DNA of 64,000 nucleotides, from positions 129,756 through 193,755 of the forward strand of contig CAVTQH010000003.1 in assembly GCA_963736875.1 (NCBI GenBank), given 5' to 3'. Position 1 is the first letter of the stretch; every line of letters begins with the position of its first letter. Shown here in pieces: positions 30,401 to 41,100 of this stretch. A model generated the notes under the pieces. It saw only the letters and a list, made by a program, of their open reading frames with translations, was not told the DNA's origin and did no database searches. This DNA comes from Candidatus Amesbacteria bacterium (GTDB lineage Bacteria; Patescibacteriota; Microgenomatia; CAZETR01; Amesbacteraceae). The position numbers were made by a program, and so were the translations under genes.

Positions 30401-33400
30401 GGTACCGGCAACACCGTTAACATAGATTTGGGGGTTGGTGAAACCGTTGGCTGAAATAACACCCGAAGAGTTGGACTGGATGTTTGCGGAGGAGGAAAGA
30501 TTAATATAATAATTTGTAAGAGCATCGGGATTGGTCCAGAAAGAAACAGATTTAATGCTGTCCATTCCCGATACAGATACATCAGTAACCCGTACTTCAG
30601 CCTGATAAGCATATACGGTTGAACCTATTATGTTTAAAGCGCCGAAACTTACGGATAAAGATTGTAATTTACTCCATGTCCATCCGCCACTTGGTTCATC
30701 AAGTGTAGTGTATCCAGTCCACTGACAAGTAGTTCCGGCGGCATTCACATATCCCAATGAATCTCCACCATCATACGCAGATGCTCTTACTGATCCTGAA
30801 GTTCCCAAAGCAGAACGGCAGCCATAAAGTCGTAATTCTACCTGAGATGTTGGGCATCCGTTTGCAGGGGCGTTTGTTCCGCCTCCAGTTAAAGCACCAG
30901 GTTCCGACCCATTATTACAACTTGCACTCGTAGACGTTAAACTATCAAAAGCATCTGCATCATTACTCCAATCAGATTCTGTATCGGTGGGACCGCTATC
31001 GCTGGCATTAAAGTAGTAATCATGAGTCGAACCATCACAAGTACTAAGATATTGCGAAGATCCGGGAACATGTTCCGAACCGTTTGCGAATTTTCCGGAC
31101 GCAATTGCAACAGTATTGTTATCTGCCAGTGAATTGCCATTTCCCGAATAGTCAGTTCTTGATAAACCCGAAGTTGTTTCATCCATCTTCCAGTAACCAA
31201 CCAAACCATTGGAAAGGTAACTGTTGTCGGGGCCAAAGCGGGCAGAGGACCCGTCGGATGAACCGCGGGAGGTATAAATAGCTTTGATTTGATCAGCGGT
31301 TAACTGAGCGGCGTTGAAGCGGACTTCGTCCATGAATCCGGTAAGATAACCGGTTGAGTAATTTCCCAAAACCATTGATGAACCGCTTACGGTTGTTCCG
31401 GTTGTGACCGCCACATGCTGCCATTGGTTTGCAGTCAGGACCGGGGAAATTGTTGCCCGGCCGTTGATGTAAAAAGCGGGCGAGGTAAAACCTGTTGCGG
31501 ACAGATTTCCGGAGCCGTCTGTTTCTATCCTTGTACTTCCGCCAAGGTCTGCAAGAGCGATACTGGCAATTGTATTCGGTCTGATCCACATGGATACCGT
31601 TTTTATATTCATGTTCGATGCCAATGTAACTTTTGCAGCGGAGCCTTCAAAATAAAGACATTTACCCGATACACACATATCTTCTGTCTGCCAAGTGGGA
31701 AGGCCGCTACCTGCGAGTGTTCCGTTGATGGCATTTGAACCTGCGTTGGCCGAATCTGCGGTGGTTGTACCGTAGCCCTCATCCATCGGCCAGTAGGCAT
31801 TGGTTGCCGCGGGAGTCGGAGTCGGGGTCGGCTCTGTTTCTTCACCGGTGGGTAAACCGGCGTAAGGAACCCGGGAGGAATCGGCCGTTGGAGAGGTTGA
31901 AGGTGCCCCGGAATCGGTATAATCAACGTGGATTCTTCCGTTGCCTCCGTCACCCCCGCCGGCAATGTTTGTACCTTCGCCTCCGTCACCCCCGCCAAGA
32001 GAGGTTACCAAACTCGTTCCCAGTGTATCGGTGATTGTTTTAATAAGGACCGAACCTCCGGCACCGCCTCCTCCGTTACCGCCGTGCGTTGTTGCCTGAG
32101 TTGTCGTTTGACCCGTTGCCTGAATATAACCGTCATTGGTAGAATCCAGGGTAACCGTATTGGCACTGATATATACAATTCCTCCGCCGGTTCCTCCGTT
32201 TGTGCCGTCGGCACCATCATCTCCTGCTCCTCCACCTCCGCCGCCGGAGCCAAAAAAGATAGTGGTCAGCGCTGCCGAGCCATATGTTCCTCCTCCTCCG
32301 CCACCGGCACCGGTTCCGTTTACGTTGGCAACTCCGCCTCCTCCGGCGCCCTGGGTAGATCCGCTTCCTACACTGCCACCACCGCCGGTTCCGTTACCAC
32401 AGCCCGAGCCGCCCGAACCGGCGCTTCCGGCATTACCACCTGCCATACCACCCGATGCGCCTCCCGATGTGTCCAGACACGCACCACCCCCCCCGCCGCC
32501 GGCAGTTCCCGCACTGCCTCCGGTGCCGCCGGTACCGCCGGTGCCGCCGGGAGGGCTGGGATCATCACTATTACTGCCTCCTCCGCCGCCGCCGCCTGCA
32601 TATCCTCCCCCTCCTCCTCCGGCACCGCCTCCGGTGGAGTTATCATCCGATCCGGCTGAACCTCCTCCTCCGCCTGCACCGGTAGCTACCCCGTCGGCAG
32701 CTCCGCCGGGATTACTTCCCGCTGCCCCGTCGCCGGCTCTTCCGCCGCCCCGGGATTCACCGCCGCTAGATCCGTTACCTCCGCGGCCTGATGCTGTTCC
32801 GTCGTAACTTTCTCCTGTATTTCCGCCTATTTCTGTCAGAGTACCGGCAGTTCCCCCCGCATATCCCAAGGAATTTGCGTTGATGGTGCAGGCTGTTGCA
32901 GTACAACCCGAGGCGTTAACGGTACCTGTTGCCCGAAACGCCATCACACCACCTCTGAAATTAGTTGTTCCGTCCCATGCCGACGGGGTGAAGTCGGTTC
33001 CGGAGTTGGAGAGAGTAACACCGGTATAATTGGGAATCCTTTGGACCATTATTTTATCAGCCGTGCCGTTGTATCCGTTTACGAGGTTTCTGTCCAAAGT
33101 CAGGGTGGCGGTGGAGATGGTGGTAATCCGTCTGGTTTCGTATTGCCCGGCATTTGTTCCGCGTAAATTAATAATTAAAATTTCGTCTCCGACAGCCAGA
33201 CAGCCGGAACTCGGGGTGGATGAAAGGACAATCTGATTTGTTCCGGATGACCGGTTTTCTGTAACGGAGTAATTGACCGCGTCGCCGCCGTCGGAACATG
33301 ATCTTCCGGAAATAGAAGTAGCGGTATTAATGTTGGTATCGGCGGTTATACTTATCGAGCCATCCCTGCCGCTTCCGATGTTTATGCCCGTGGGATTGGA

Positions 33401-33832
33401 AGAGAGGGTGGTTGTTCCGTCTGTAGCTCCGGAATTGCCGTAATACATATACATGGTTGTGGCACCGGCGGGCAGGCTTGTGTAAGTAACCCAGACCACT
33501 GTTTTTCCTGATGAAGCGCTGCTGACACAATATTCCTCGTAGTAATCAAGAACAGTGGTGCCGTCGCTTTTGGTAAAGATCAGGTCATCACAGTCTGACT
33601 GGAGTTTGGTGTCATTGATCAAGGTATAAGTATCCACGGCGACCATGATGGTATAAGTGGCTGATGAGCTGTTATTGGTAATGGAAATTGCCTGACGATA
33701 AAGCCAGCTTGAGTTATACCAGGCGGCTCTGACTTTGGAAGTACGGAAGAAGATTAGAGAAATCAGGGCAAAGACCAGAACCAGAGAAGATGTGCGGGAA
33801 AGCAGGCGGATTAGTTGTTTACGTTTTTTCAT
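27455..33832 (-). CDS. Giant surface protein A: N-terminal TM, DUF2341-like domain with Gly-rich insert, multiple LamG domains
   Basis: 2125 aa; WLYRQAI/DCDDL/MYYGN DUF2341-like motifs; poly-Gly region; repeated W.(F/L/M)DE...G.IDEV..YN LamG motifs. Confidence 0.9.
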   Translation of the reverse strand: MKKRKQLIRLLSRTSSLVLVFALISLIFFRTSKVRAAWYNSSWLYRQAISITNNSSSATYTIMVAVDTYTLINDTKLQSDCDDLIFTKSDGTTVLDYYEEYCVSSASSGKTVVWVTYTSLPAGATTMYMYYGNSGATDGTTTLSSNPTGINIGSGRDGSISITADTNINTATSISGRSCSDGGDAVNYSVTENRSSGTNQIVLSSTPSSGCLAVGDEILIINLRGTNAGQYETRRITTISTATLTLDRNLVNGYNGTADKIMVQRIPNYTGVTLSNSGTDFTPSAWDGTTNFRGGVMAFRATGTVNASGCTATACTINANSLGYAGGTAGTLTEIGGNTGESYDGTASGRGGNGSSGGESRGGGRAGDGAAGSNPGGAADGVATGAGGGGGSAGSDDNSTGGGAGGGGGGYAGGGGGGGSNSDDPSPPGGTGGTGGTGGSAGTAGGGGGGACLDTSGGASGGMAGGNAGSAGSGGSGCGNGTGGGGSVGSGSTQGAGGGGVANVNGTGAGGGGGGTYGSAALTTIFFGSGGGGGGAGDDGADGTNGGTGGGIVYISANTVTLDSTNDGYIQATGQTTTQATTHGGNGGGGAGGSVLIKTITDTLGTSLVTSLGGGDGGEGTNIAGGGDGGNGRIHVDYTDSGAPSTSPTADSSRVPYAGLPTGEETEPTPTPTPAATNAYWPMDEGYGTTTADSANAGSNAINGTLAGSGLPTWQTEDMCVSGKCLYFEGSAAKVTLASNMNIKTVSMWIRPNTIASIALADLGGSTRIETDGSGNLSATGFTSPAFYINGRATISPVLTANQWQHVAVTTGTTVSGSSMVLGNYSTGYLTGFMDEVRFNAAQLTADQIKAIYTSRGSSDGSSARFGPDNSYLSNGLVGYWKMDETTSGLSRTDYSGNGNSLADNNTVAIASGKFANGSEHVPGSSQYLSTCDGSTHDYYFNASDSGPTDTESDWSNDADAFDSLTSTSASCNNGSEPGALTGGGTNAPANGCPTSQVELRLYGCRSALGTSGSVRASAYDGGDSLGYVNAAGTTCQWTGYTTLDEPSGGWTWSKLQSLSVSFGALNIIGSTVYAYQAEVRVTDVSVSGMDSIKSVSFWTNPDALTNYYINLSSSANIQSNSSGVISANGFTNPQIYVNGVAGTTLSANTWSLVTVTSDTAINADQFYIGRVGSNYYDGTLDEVRLYNRAFTPSEVRQLYNWAPGPIAEWKLDENTGSTAYDTSGKGNNLTLTGYKWKPGKYGGGVDYSSTGGHGEKTDPGGTWTLNNGGLDASTGSFTLGLWVKPNPSTTHPMTIIYKGAASGATDPGYWLWWDYSNTRIAFQTGNGTQRDYYYSPSIVTWNGLWHYLTVTLSRSATTDTGKIYLDGVLLASSDETDLINTSFDSTYTFALGGDGSGYEYVGQMDDAKIYNYARTPAQIIEDMNAGHPAPGSPVGSSLFWYKFDEGYGDTANNSGTATPGANLAGTGTTCPTGADDACPSWSNDGKYGKSMKLSTTGTDDYAVATGEWNLLSTNDFTVSAWIRRDTDSGAIEYLVSNQDSASDGWFLNVYSDDTVRCGYNGQNLNSTTTISTGQWYHVTCTSDSSQGNLYINGALETTGTHTGSISETADMTIGIRSYTPLTGGFPGLIDEVKVFNTTLTADQVKLLYNQGFAASMGVLSTASSSATMTSAARSYCPPGDTGTCNPPVGEWKFDENTGTSYIDSSGNNYPTTIYGTGPVHWASGIFGSAGNFNGTDDRSQASDTDLHTFGNGTTDSPFSVSVWVNFSQSASAQIMVDKGNEYTLQISSTPTLKFFLYDYSAGARIGRRFDAGTFTLNQWHHVEATYDGSGTAGGIKIYLDGIRVDNLDDNVGTYVAMENRSGGIEFSDASYPVKGKIDEARLYNYVRTPAQIAWDYNRGKPVGWWKLDESSWDGTSEEVKDSSGNNMHGVRGGDATTATGKINNGGTFDGTGDYVEIFDDYPQQFTGSFSLAAWFNANAWPGSGNWDTLVNKSDSADGYFLEINDADDLNCGFGIGGSTYHDHDVTSFNGITGTWYHAVCVFDTINDTFRIYINGNQVYSASETSDPSDEVASLCIGSYNLGADQHFSGKIDEVKIWNYPLTQEQVSGVYNEGAVRIAPVTGTP

Positions 33833-34554
33833 AGTATTTCATTTTCCAACTGGTTTAATACTTCGAATTTTAAAGACTTGCGGATTGTCTGATACTTGTC
33901 TGAGGGTAACAGTGTATTAAGGTCCTCATTTATAGCAGTGCCGGTAACCTTTTGTTCGATAAAGGATTTAAGAGCAACCAGAAATTCTTTTACCGGAAGA
34001 CCGGTTCTTTCTTTGATGATACCTGTATCGTATTTGTACCCGCTGATAAAAAAGTGGTGGATGTCGTAAATATCCCTGCCGGCGATTGAACCATGTTTTT
34101 CGTATCTGTCCAGAACAGCTACCAACTTGTGAGCGAACATGGTTTCTACCGTTTGACAAATCAGGTAACGGTCTATTTCGGATAAATAAGAGGGGAGATG
34201 TTTATCAGACAGAAACGGGTGATTGACGGCGTCGATCTTTATGCTATTTCTTTGATTGTTTTGGGCTTCATATCGGACTACATATTGGATCGAATTGATA
34301 CTTTGGTCTTTAATTTCCAGGTTGAGTGTTTTAAACGTTTTTTCCAGATGGTTTTTTATAGTTTTAATATTTGCTTCTTTTTGAATATCGAAATCAAGGT
34401 CGACAGAAAACCTGTCCAGCCGGCCAAGCATGGAAGCGCAGGTACCACCTTTAAAAATAAGAGAATTAGTTAAAATGTTATTGTCGGCAATTTCGATTAA
34501 CAGACGGTAGAGCTGACCCCGATGGATGGCGTCTGTGGCTTTGGGCAGTATCAT
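33829..34554 (-). CDS. AbiEii-family nucleotidyltransferase toxin (type IV TA)
   Basis: FKGGTC..LDRFSVDLDF, HKLVA, RDIYDI. Confidence 0.9.
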   Translation of the reverse strand: MILPKATDAIHRGQLYRLLIEIADNNILTNSLIFKGGTCASMLGRLDRFSVDLDFDIQKEANIKTIKNHLEKTFKTLNLEIKDQSINSIQYVVRYEAQNNQRNSIKIDAVNHPFLSDKHLPSYLSEIDRYLICQTVETMFAHKLVAVLDRYEKHGSIAGRDIYDIHHFFISGYKYDTGIIKERTGLPVKEFLVALKSFIEQKVTGTAINEDLNTLLPSDKYQTIRKSLKFEVLNQLENEIL

Positions 34555-35084
34555 ATATATCCAATCTCCTTTCTTAATCGGGTAATCTTATCCCAGTCAA
34601 TTTTCGTGGTGTTGTCGAAGTGGTATCGGGGGTTGAAATAAAGCATATCGGCAATTGCCCTGTCGGTGGTAGCCTCAAGATATTTTCCGTTATTCACAAC
34701 TCCCGATGTTTGAAATAAGTATTTGTCTCCCAGCTGGCGGCTCAGATATGAGTAATCACCGATTTTAATCTGACGGTTTTTGGTGGAGCAAAAAGTTATA
34801 GGTTCAATTTTTTGAAAAATGACGCCATTTTTTGCCAGGACGGTTTCAGTACTGAGATAGGAGTACTGATGCAGTGCCGTTGTGCCCAATTCTACCGGGT
34901 CAAGTTTTTCAAAAGGCACGACAGAATAAAAACCCCGGTAAATCGGAATCAGAACGCCTTTTTTGACATACCGCCCCAGCGCAGAATACAGAGTTCTTTT
35001 ATTTGATATGCTCCAAAGCAGTTCCAGGTCTTTGGTATGAAATAACCTGCGATCCAGCTTGAGAAGTATATCTATCCTATTCAT
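34551..35084 (-). CDS. AbiEi-family antitoxin/regulator
   Basis: wHTH-like N-terminus, IYRGFY, SYLSTETVL..GVI.Q, AT.DRAIADMLY; ATGA overlap with the toxin gene. Confidence 0.87.
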   Translation of the reverse strand: MNRIDILLKLDRRLFHTKDLELLWSISNKRTLYSALGRYVKKGVLIPIYRGFYSVVPFEKLDPVELGTTALHQYSYLSTETVLAKNGVIFQKIEPITFCSTKNRQIKIGDYSYLSRQLGDKYLFQTSGVVNNGKYLEATTDRAIADMLYFNPRYHFDNTTKIDWDKITRLRKEIGYI

Positions 35085-35112
35085 ATATGCCTAGTATAAT
35101 ATAACATAGTTA

Positions 35113-38100
35113 TTAGAATCTGACGGCTCCGTTACTATAATCTGTTTTGACCTGCTCCGGAGTCAGGGCGTAGTTAAATATTTTGACCTCGTCGATCTGG
35201 CCGTCATAATAATATAACCAGCTTCCGTTATCTCTGGCACCCAGTCCAAATTTAACACTATTACTATAACCCGATGAAAGGATTGTTGTGTCGGAATTTA
35301 TTAAAGATCCGTCAACATAAATCTTAGTGGTGTTAGTGCTATGATCTCTGATCCCAACAAGATGGTGCCACGTATTATTATTCACGCTACCACCGTCGGC
35401 TTGAGATGTTGTGCTATCGTTTCTGACCTGAAAATAGATATGATTGGAATCATCTGAATTCAGATATAGTCCATAACCATTACATCCCCCCGTAAGGAAA
35501 CATTTTCCGGCAATGGCCTTATAGGTTCCTCCGGAAGCGTCTGTTTTTATCCAAGCGGATATTGAAAAAGAATCCGTGAAGTCAAGAGCAGACTGATCAC
35601 CAATATCAACATAATCACCAGCCCCGTCAAAGTCCAGGGAAGCGGAGTATTTGCCGGTGGTTCCACCGTTCCACATTTCGGTCGAGACGCCGGAACTGCA
35701 ACTTCCAACCGACCTGCCGGTATTGGGAGTGATGGTACCGTTGTATCCGGAAATTCCCCGCGGGTCGGCTTTAGGAGCGGTATTATTGAGAGTTGTGCCG
35801 GAACATTCATCAAAACGGTAGTGGGCGACCGGTTCCCCCAGGTTGTAGTCCCAGGCGATTTGGGCGGGGGTGCGGGCGTAGTTGTAGATTCTGACTTCAT
35901 CGACTAAACCATTGTAGCCAAAGTTATAGTAACCCGGAAATCCGTCTTGGGCGGATGCAATACCTTTGGTGTATGTAGTTTGTCCAAAACTGACTGCTTG
36001 TGAAGTCTCCAGTTTTCCATTTATGTAAATGTATACTATGTCATTGGTATAGTCGATAACAGTGGAGAAGTTGGTCCATTGATTTAGGGGTATAGCTGAA
36101 GACGAAAGCGCAGTTTGAGCTGAGTCAGACGATTGACTTTCGGCGGATACTCTTAATTTATAAGATTCACCGTCATCAATTTCGATCTGAATTCCATTAT
36201 CAGAATTAGAATTTATAAAGCTATTAAAGATTCCATTCCCCCATTGAATCCACGATCTTGGTTTAATCCACCCATTAACTGTAACAACTGAAGCGCCATT
36301 AATCATATTGTTAAGAGTGTCTGTGCCTAGATCTACCTCACTATAGTCGGAGAACGATGTTGCCCCCAGATCTATAGAAGAACCGAATTTCCCATGTGAC
36401 CAGGTTGGCATTCGGCCACTATTGTTAACTGTCAATGTACCATTTTTTTCATTACCACTCGTATCATATGTAGACTGTCCCGTATTTTCATCAAATTTCC
36501 ATTCTGCTATGGGTGGATTGCAGGTGTCGGTATCACCGGGAGGGCAATATGAGCGGGCAGAGGAAAACATTTCAGCACTGGACGAAGCGGTGGAAACAGC
36601 TCCAAAAACAGCTGACTGGCCCTGGTTGTAAAGTTGTTTGATCTGATCAGCGGTGAGAGCGGAGGAAAAGATCTGAACTTCGTCTATCTTGCCGTCGAAA
36701 TAATCGCCGTCTACATTGTCTCCGGTACCGGGATTGGCTCCAATTAAGGGTTTGACGTTAGAGGGATTGGAAATTGTACCTGCGGCAGTAACAGTGTCTT
36801 TTAACGCGCCATTCAAATAGATTTTTGAATCAGTTCCGTCAAATGTGCCCACAATGTGATACCAGGTTCCGGCGGATATTTCGGAAAGGTTGAAACCGGC
36901 TTTTTGGTAGGCACTATTGATATAAAAATAAGTTTCAATTTTACCGCTTTCCACTTGATTGGGCAGAAGACCCCAGCCGCCGCTATTGTTGTTGCTCATG
37001 ATGGTGGTTTCAGTCAGACCAGTGGGTATAGTATCAAAGTTTACCCATGCCGAAAGGGTAATGGCGTTACTGATTTTAAGCGAGTCAACCGGGCCAATGG
37101 ACAGGTAATCGTCTGTACCGTCGAAGCTTAAAGCTTTACCGAATTTTCCGTCGTTTACCCAACCGGGGCAGGGGACTGTTCCGGAAGCAGGACAAGATTG
37201 ATTTACAGCTCCGAGATCACCGTTTATAGAAGTTCCTCCGCTGCCGGAATTATTTGCAGTATCTCCATAACCTTCATCAAAATTCCAATCTCCGACAGCC
37301 GAACCAACGGGGGATCCCGGTGCAGGATGGCCGGCATTCATGTCCTCGATGATCTGGGCGGGAGTGCGGGGGTAGTTGTAGATTTTGACTTCGTCAATGA
37401 CGGCATCCGTGCTATTATCGGGATTAATTTCAAAAGCTGATATATAAAGAGGTTGGGTGTTGGAATAAATATTTCCGCTGGGGCTGGTATTTTCGTCTAT
37501 AAATACACCATCCACATAATGATTGAGGGTCTCCCCGTCGTAGGTACAGGTGGAGTAATACCAGGTATTTAGATTGATTGTGTGGGCGGAATTATTATAT
37601 TTAGTGGATCCGTTATTGGATACTTCGCAATAAACTTCATAAGCGTCACCCGCCACATTACTTATGACCATCATGTCGTAGGTATAATTTGAAGAGCTGT
37701 TGCTTTTTTGAATGATTACTTTTGACCAGTTAGCCGGCATGGATTTTAATTTAAACCAGGCAGAATAGGTGATGGTTTTGGGATTCAATGAGGTATTATG
37801 TTCTACTGTGATGTATTCTCCACTATTGTTGTCGTATTCCAAATCTAAGGCACCTCCATATTTGCCGGTAACCCAATCATTACTTTCAATATTTTGAATC
37901 GTACCGGTAAAACCGTTACCCGATTTATCATATGCAACCGTACCGGTATTTTCATTAAGGTCCCAATATCCCACCGGTCCCGGAGCCCAGTTATATAATT
38001 GCTGGACTTCGGCAGAGGTAAGGGCGCGGTTGTAGATGCGGGTTTCATCAATCTTGCCATCGAAACCCTGAGTTCCGTTATACCCGGCACCGATACTGAT

Positions 38101-41100
38101 GTTGCCGTTGCCCGTCAGAAAACCGCTATTGGAGGTTTGACTGTCGAGGTAACCATTAACAAACAACTTAGTGGCAACCCCATCGCTAGTGACAGTTACC
38201 AGGTACCAGGAGTTGGTTGTTAGAGTGGTGTTTGATGTGCCGGTATTGGTACCACCATCCAGGCTGTATACCAGTTTACCGGAGTTGGTGGCTGATGCTC
38301 CGAGAAACCAGTCAAAAGACGGAGACGAACCCCGGGCTATAATCATACGTTGGTTTGAATCAAGAGTGTCTGCTTGTACCCAAGCAGAAACGGAGATTGG
38401 TATGGTAGTAGCGTGGGTCTGTTCAAGTCCTATAGACGATACAGGTTCGGAAGCAGCATATTTTCGTATAAACACATAATCATACTTAGATTCTGCAATT
38501 TTCGTTGAATCATCATCATGCATAATTGCAATATTTCCAGTACAGGAGAAATCGTTAAGATTTGCGTAAACCGTCTGTAATCCTGATCCGGAATAAGCCT
38601 GTTCAGGAGTGAGTCCCCAGCTTTGAGTACCAGCCATTTGATAAAAATATGATGCGCTATTATATCCGTAAATATTTCCACAAAAATAAATTCCATGAAT
38701 TTCTTTAAGAACTGATGGCTGGAAACTTGCCTGGACTTGATACGATCCACTTGTTACCGCAAATGAGCCAGTAATCTGGTATCCATGATCCATACCAAAG
38801 GCAGACGAAGTATTTTCCGTAAGAGTAATTACACTGCCTGATACAGTATATGAGCCGTCTCCTCCTCCTACTTTTGTATAACCCGGATCAGAATCGAATC
38901 CATCAAAAAATTCAAAAGTATTTGAACTATTTGATTGTGAAGATACTCCACTATTTCCGTAGTACATGATAATGGTCGATGAGCTATAAGCGGGTATTGA
39001 ATTAATTTCGACCCAAACATTAGCTGATACTGAATCCGTTTTACTCTCTAACCAATAGTCAAGATTTGCCCCAGCATTATCGGTAAAGCGTATATCGTCA
39101 AAATCAGACTGCATATCAGAGTCATATAGAATTGATAATTCTAATTGGTAATTTGTTAAGTTGGAGATGTTACTATTGTTAATAGTTATTAATCTACGTT
39201 GAGTCCAGCTTGATAGTTCTGATGCCCAGGTGTAATGAATCGGAACCCTTATTGCAGAGTTTGTGGCCACCCGGTCGTTCGTGCCATCAAGATCAATAGC
39301 ATTACCGAATTTTCCATTTCCCGAAGTTGCATTATCGTACCATTCTGCATGATTATTGTTTCGGGAAAAATCGCAGGCATCATTCGTTGCATCGCAAGTA
39401 TTGGAAGTACTTTCGTCCATCTTCCAATAAGCAGCAAGATCATTATTGAGAATGTATTCTGTTGAGGATCCGAAGATCTCACCGGCGTTGTTGAAGTCAA
39501 CTTTGACCTGATCTGCGGTTCTGGCAAAGGGATAGATTTTAATTTCATCAAGTGATCCCAACCAGGGGCTACCTGCTCCGTCTCCGTCAATTCCCATATA
39601 GAGAGAATCGGTATTAGCGAGCGTGGAGGCAGCCGAAATTGCATAATCAGTACCAACTGGTATACCGTCGATATAAAGCGTGAGACTTGAGGTACCGGTT
39701 TTTACGGCAACTACATGGTGCCATTTATTGTCATCATATGACGCGGCTGTTGAAGTTACCGAATCATCAGGTCCCCAGGTTGAATCATCGTCTACGGCAA
39801 AAGTGATGTCACCATCTACTTCCATTATAAGTTTGTAGCCTCCGTCGGTACCTGTTGTCGAGTAGTATTTTGAAAGAATCGTATCGGCTCCCGATGGGCT
39901 TTCCGGATTTTTGAACCAGGCGGAAATCGAAAAGGAATCAGACGCAGTGAAATCAATAACACTACTGTCACCAACGGCTACAAAATCATTTGTTCCGTCA
40001 AATGAAAGGCATTTATCAAATCTGCAGTCCGCCCCATCTTTCCAGGTGGGACATGCCGAATTTCCGGGACATGAATTTGACTCGGCTAAATTTCCATTTA
40101 GGCTTGATCCTCCACTTCCTGAGTTGTGTGTAGTATCTCCGTATCCTTCATCAAAATTCCAGTAGGCGACAGGGTTCGGGGATTTTTCTTCAGAATCCAG
40201 GGAAACTGTTGGTTCAGTTGAAAGTTGTTGACGGATAATCCAGTTGTCAGTGTATGAGTATTCACCAGAATCGTAATGGACAGCACCGGGTTTTAGCGGG
40301 GTTTCTGATGAGTAGTTGGAATTATAAATCGAAGTCCAGGTATTTGAATCTACTGCTTTGTAGTAATAGTAGGCGCCGGTGGCTTTAAGTACAACCTTGA
40401 TATCATACCAGGTACCCACAGTATAACTACCGCTACCTACCCGATTATTACCGTCTTCATAAATGTCAAATGTTCCGGCATCTAAAAAGATTGCATAAAC
40501 CAAGTCACTGCGGTTGGAACCTGATCCGCTATCGTGCCACCCGATTACTGATCTGGCACCGCTTGTTGCCTTGAACTTTGCCTGAAAGGCAAGATCGGCA
40601 GCCCTTGCCTGGGTGCTGGTTGCATATACATAGGAATCCCAAGCATCGGAATTATTTAGAAGCCATAGGTATTCGTCCTGCGTTGTCGTACCTCCGTCTA
40701 CGGTTATCTTGGAAGTATCAATACTTGTTCCTGCAAAATCGTGCATATAAGTAAAAAAGCTTTCAGGATTAGCCATGATACTGGAAGCATCTGAATTACC
40801 ATAGTAGACGTAAAGGATTGTACTGTCGTTAGCCAGGGAACTGAATTTGATCCAGACTGTCGGACTGTTTGGTACGGTACAGTCAACCCAAAAAGGATCA
40901 ATAATTGGATTGGAGTTGGTATCATTAACACGGATATCGCTGCAGTCACTATTAATCTGGCCGCTGGTCAGTGCACCCAGGGAGAAACCGTAGGTGTAAT
41001 TTGATTGTGTTCCTGCGGTATTTGTTATCAGTATTTTTTTGCGGTATAACCAGCTATCATTCCACCAACCGGCACTGACGTTTTGGGGAGCTTTGGTTAG

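Noticed and set aside
35085-35112. dif site
   Set aside because: Does not fit an 11-6-11 XerC/XerD layout; better explained as the abiEi promoter.
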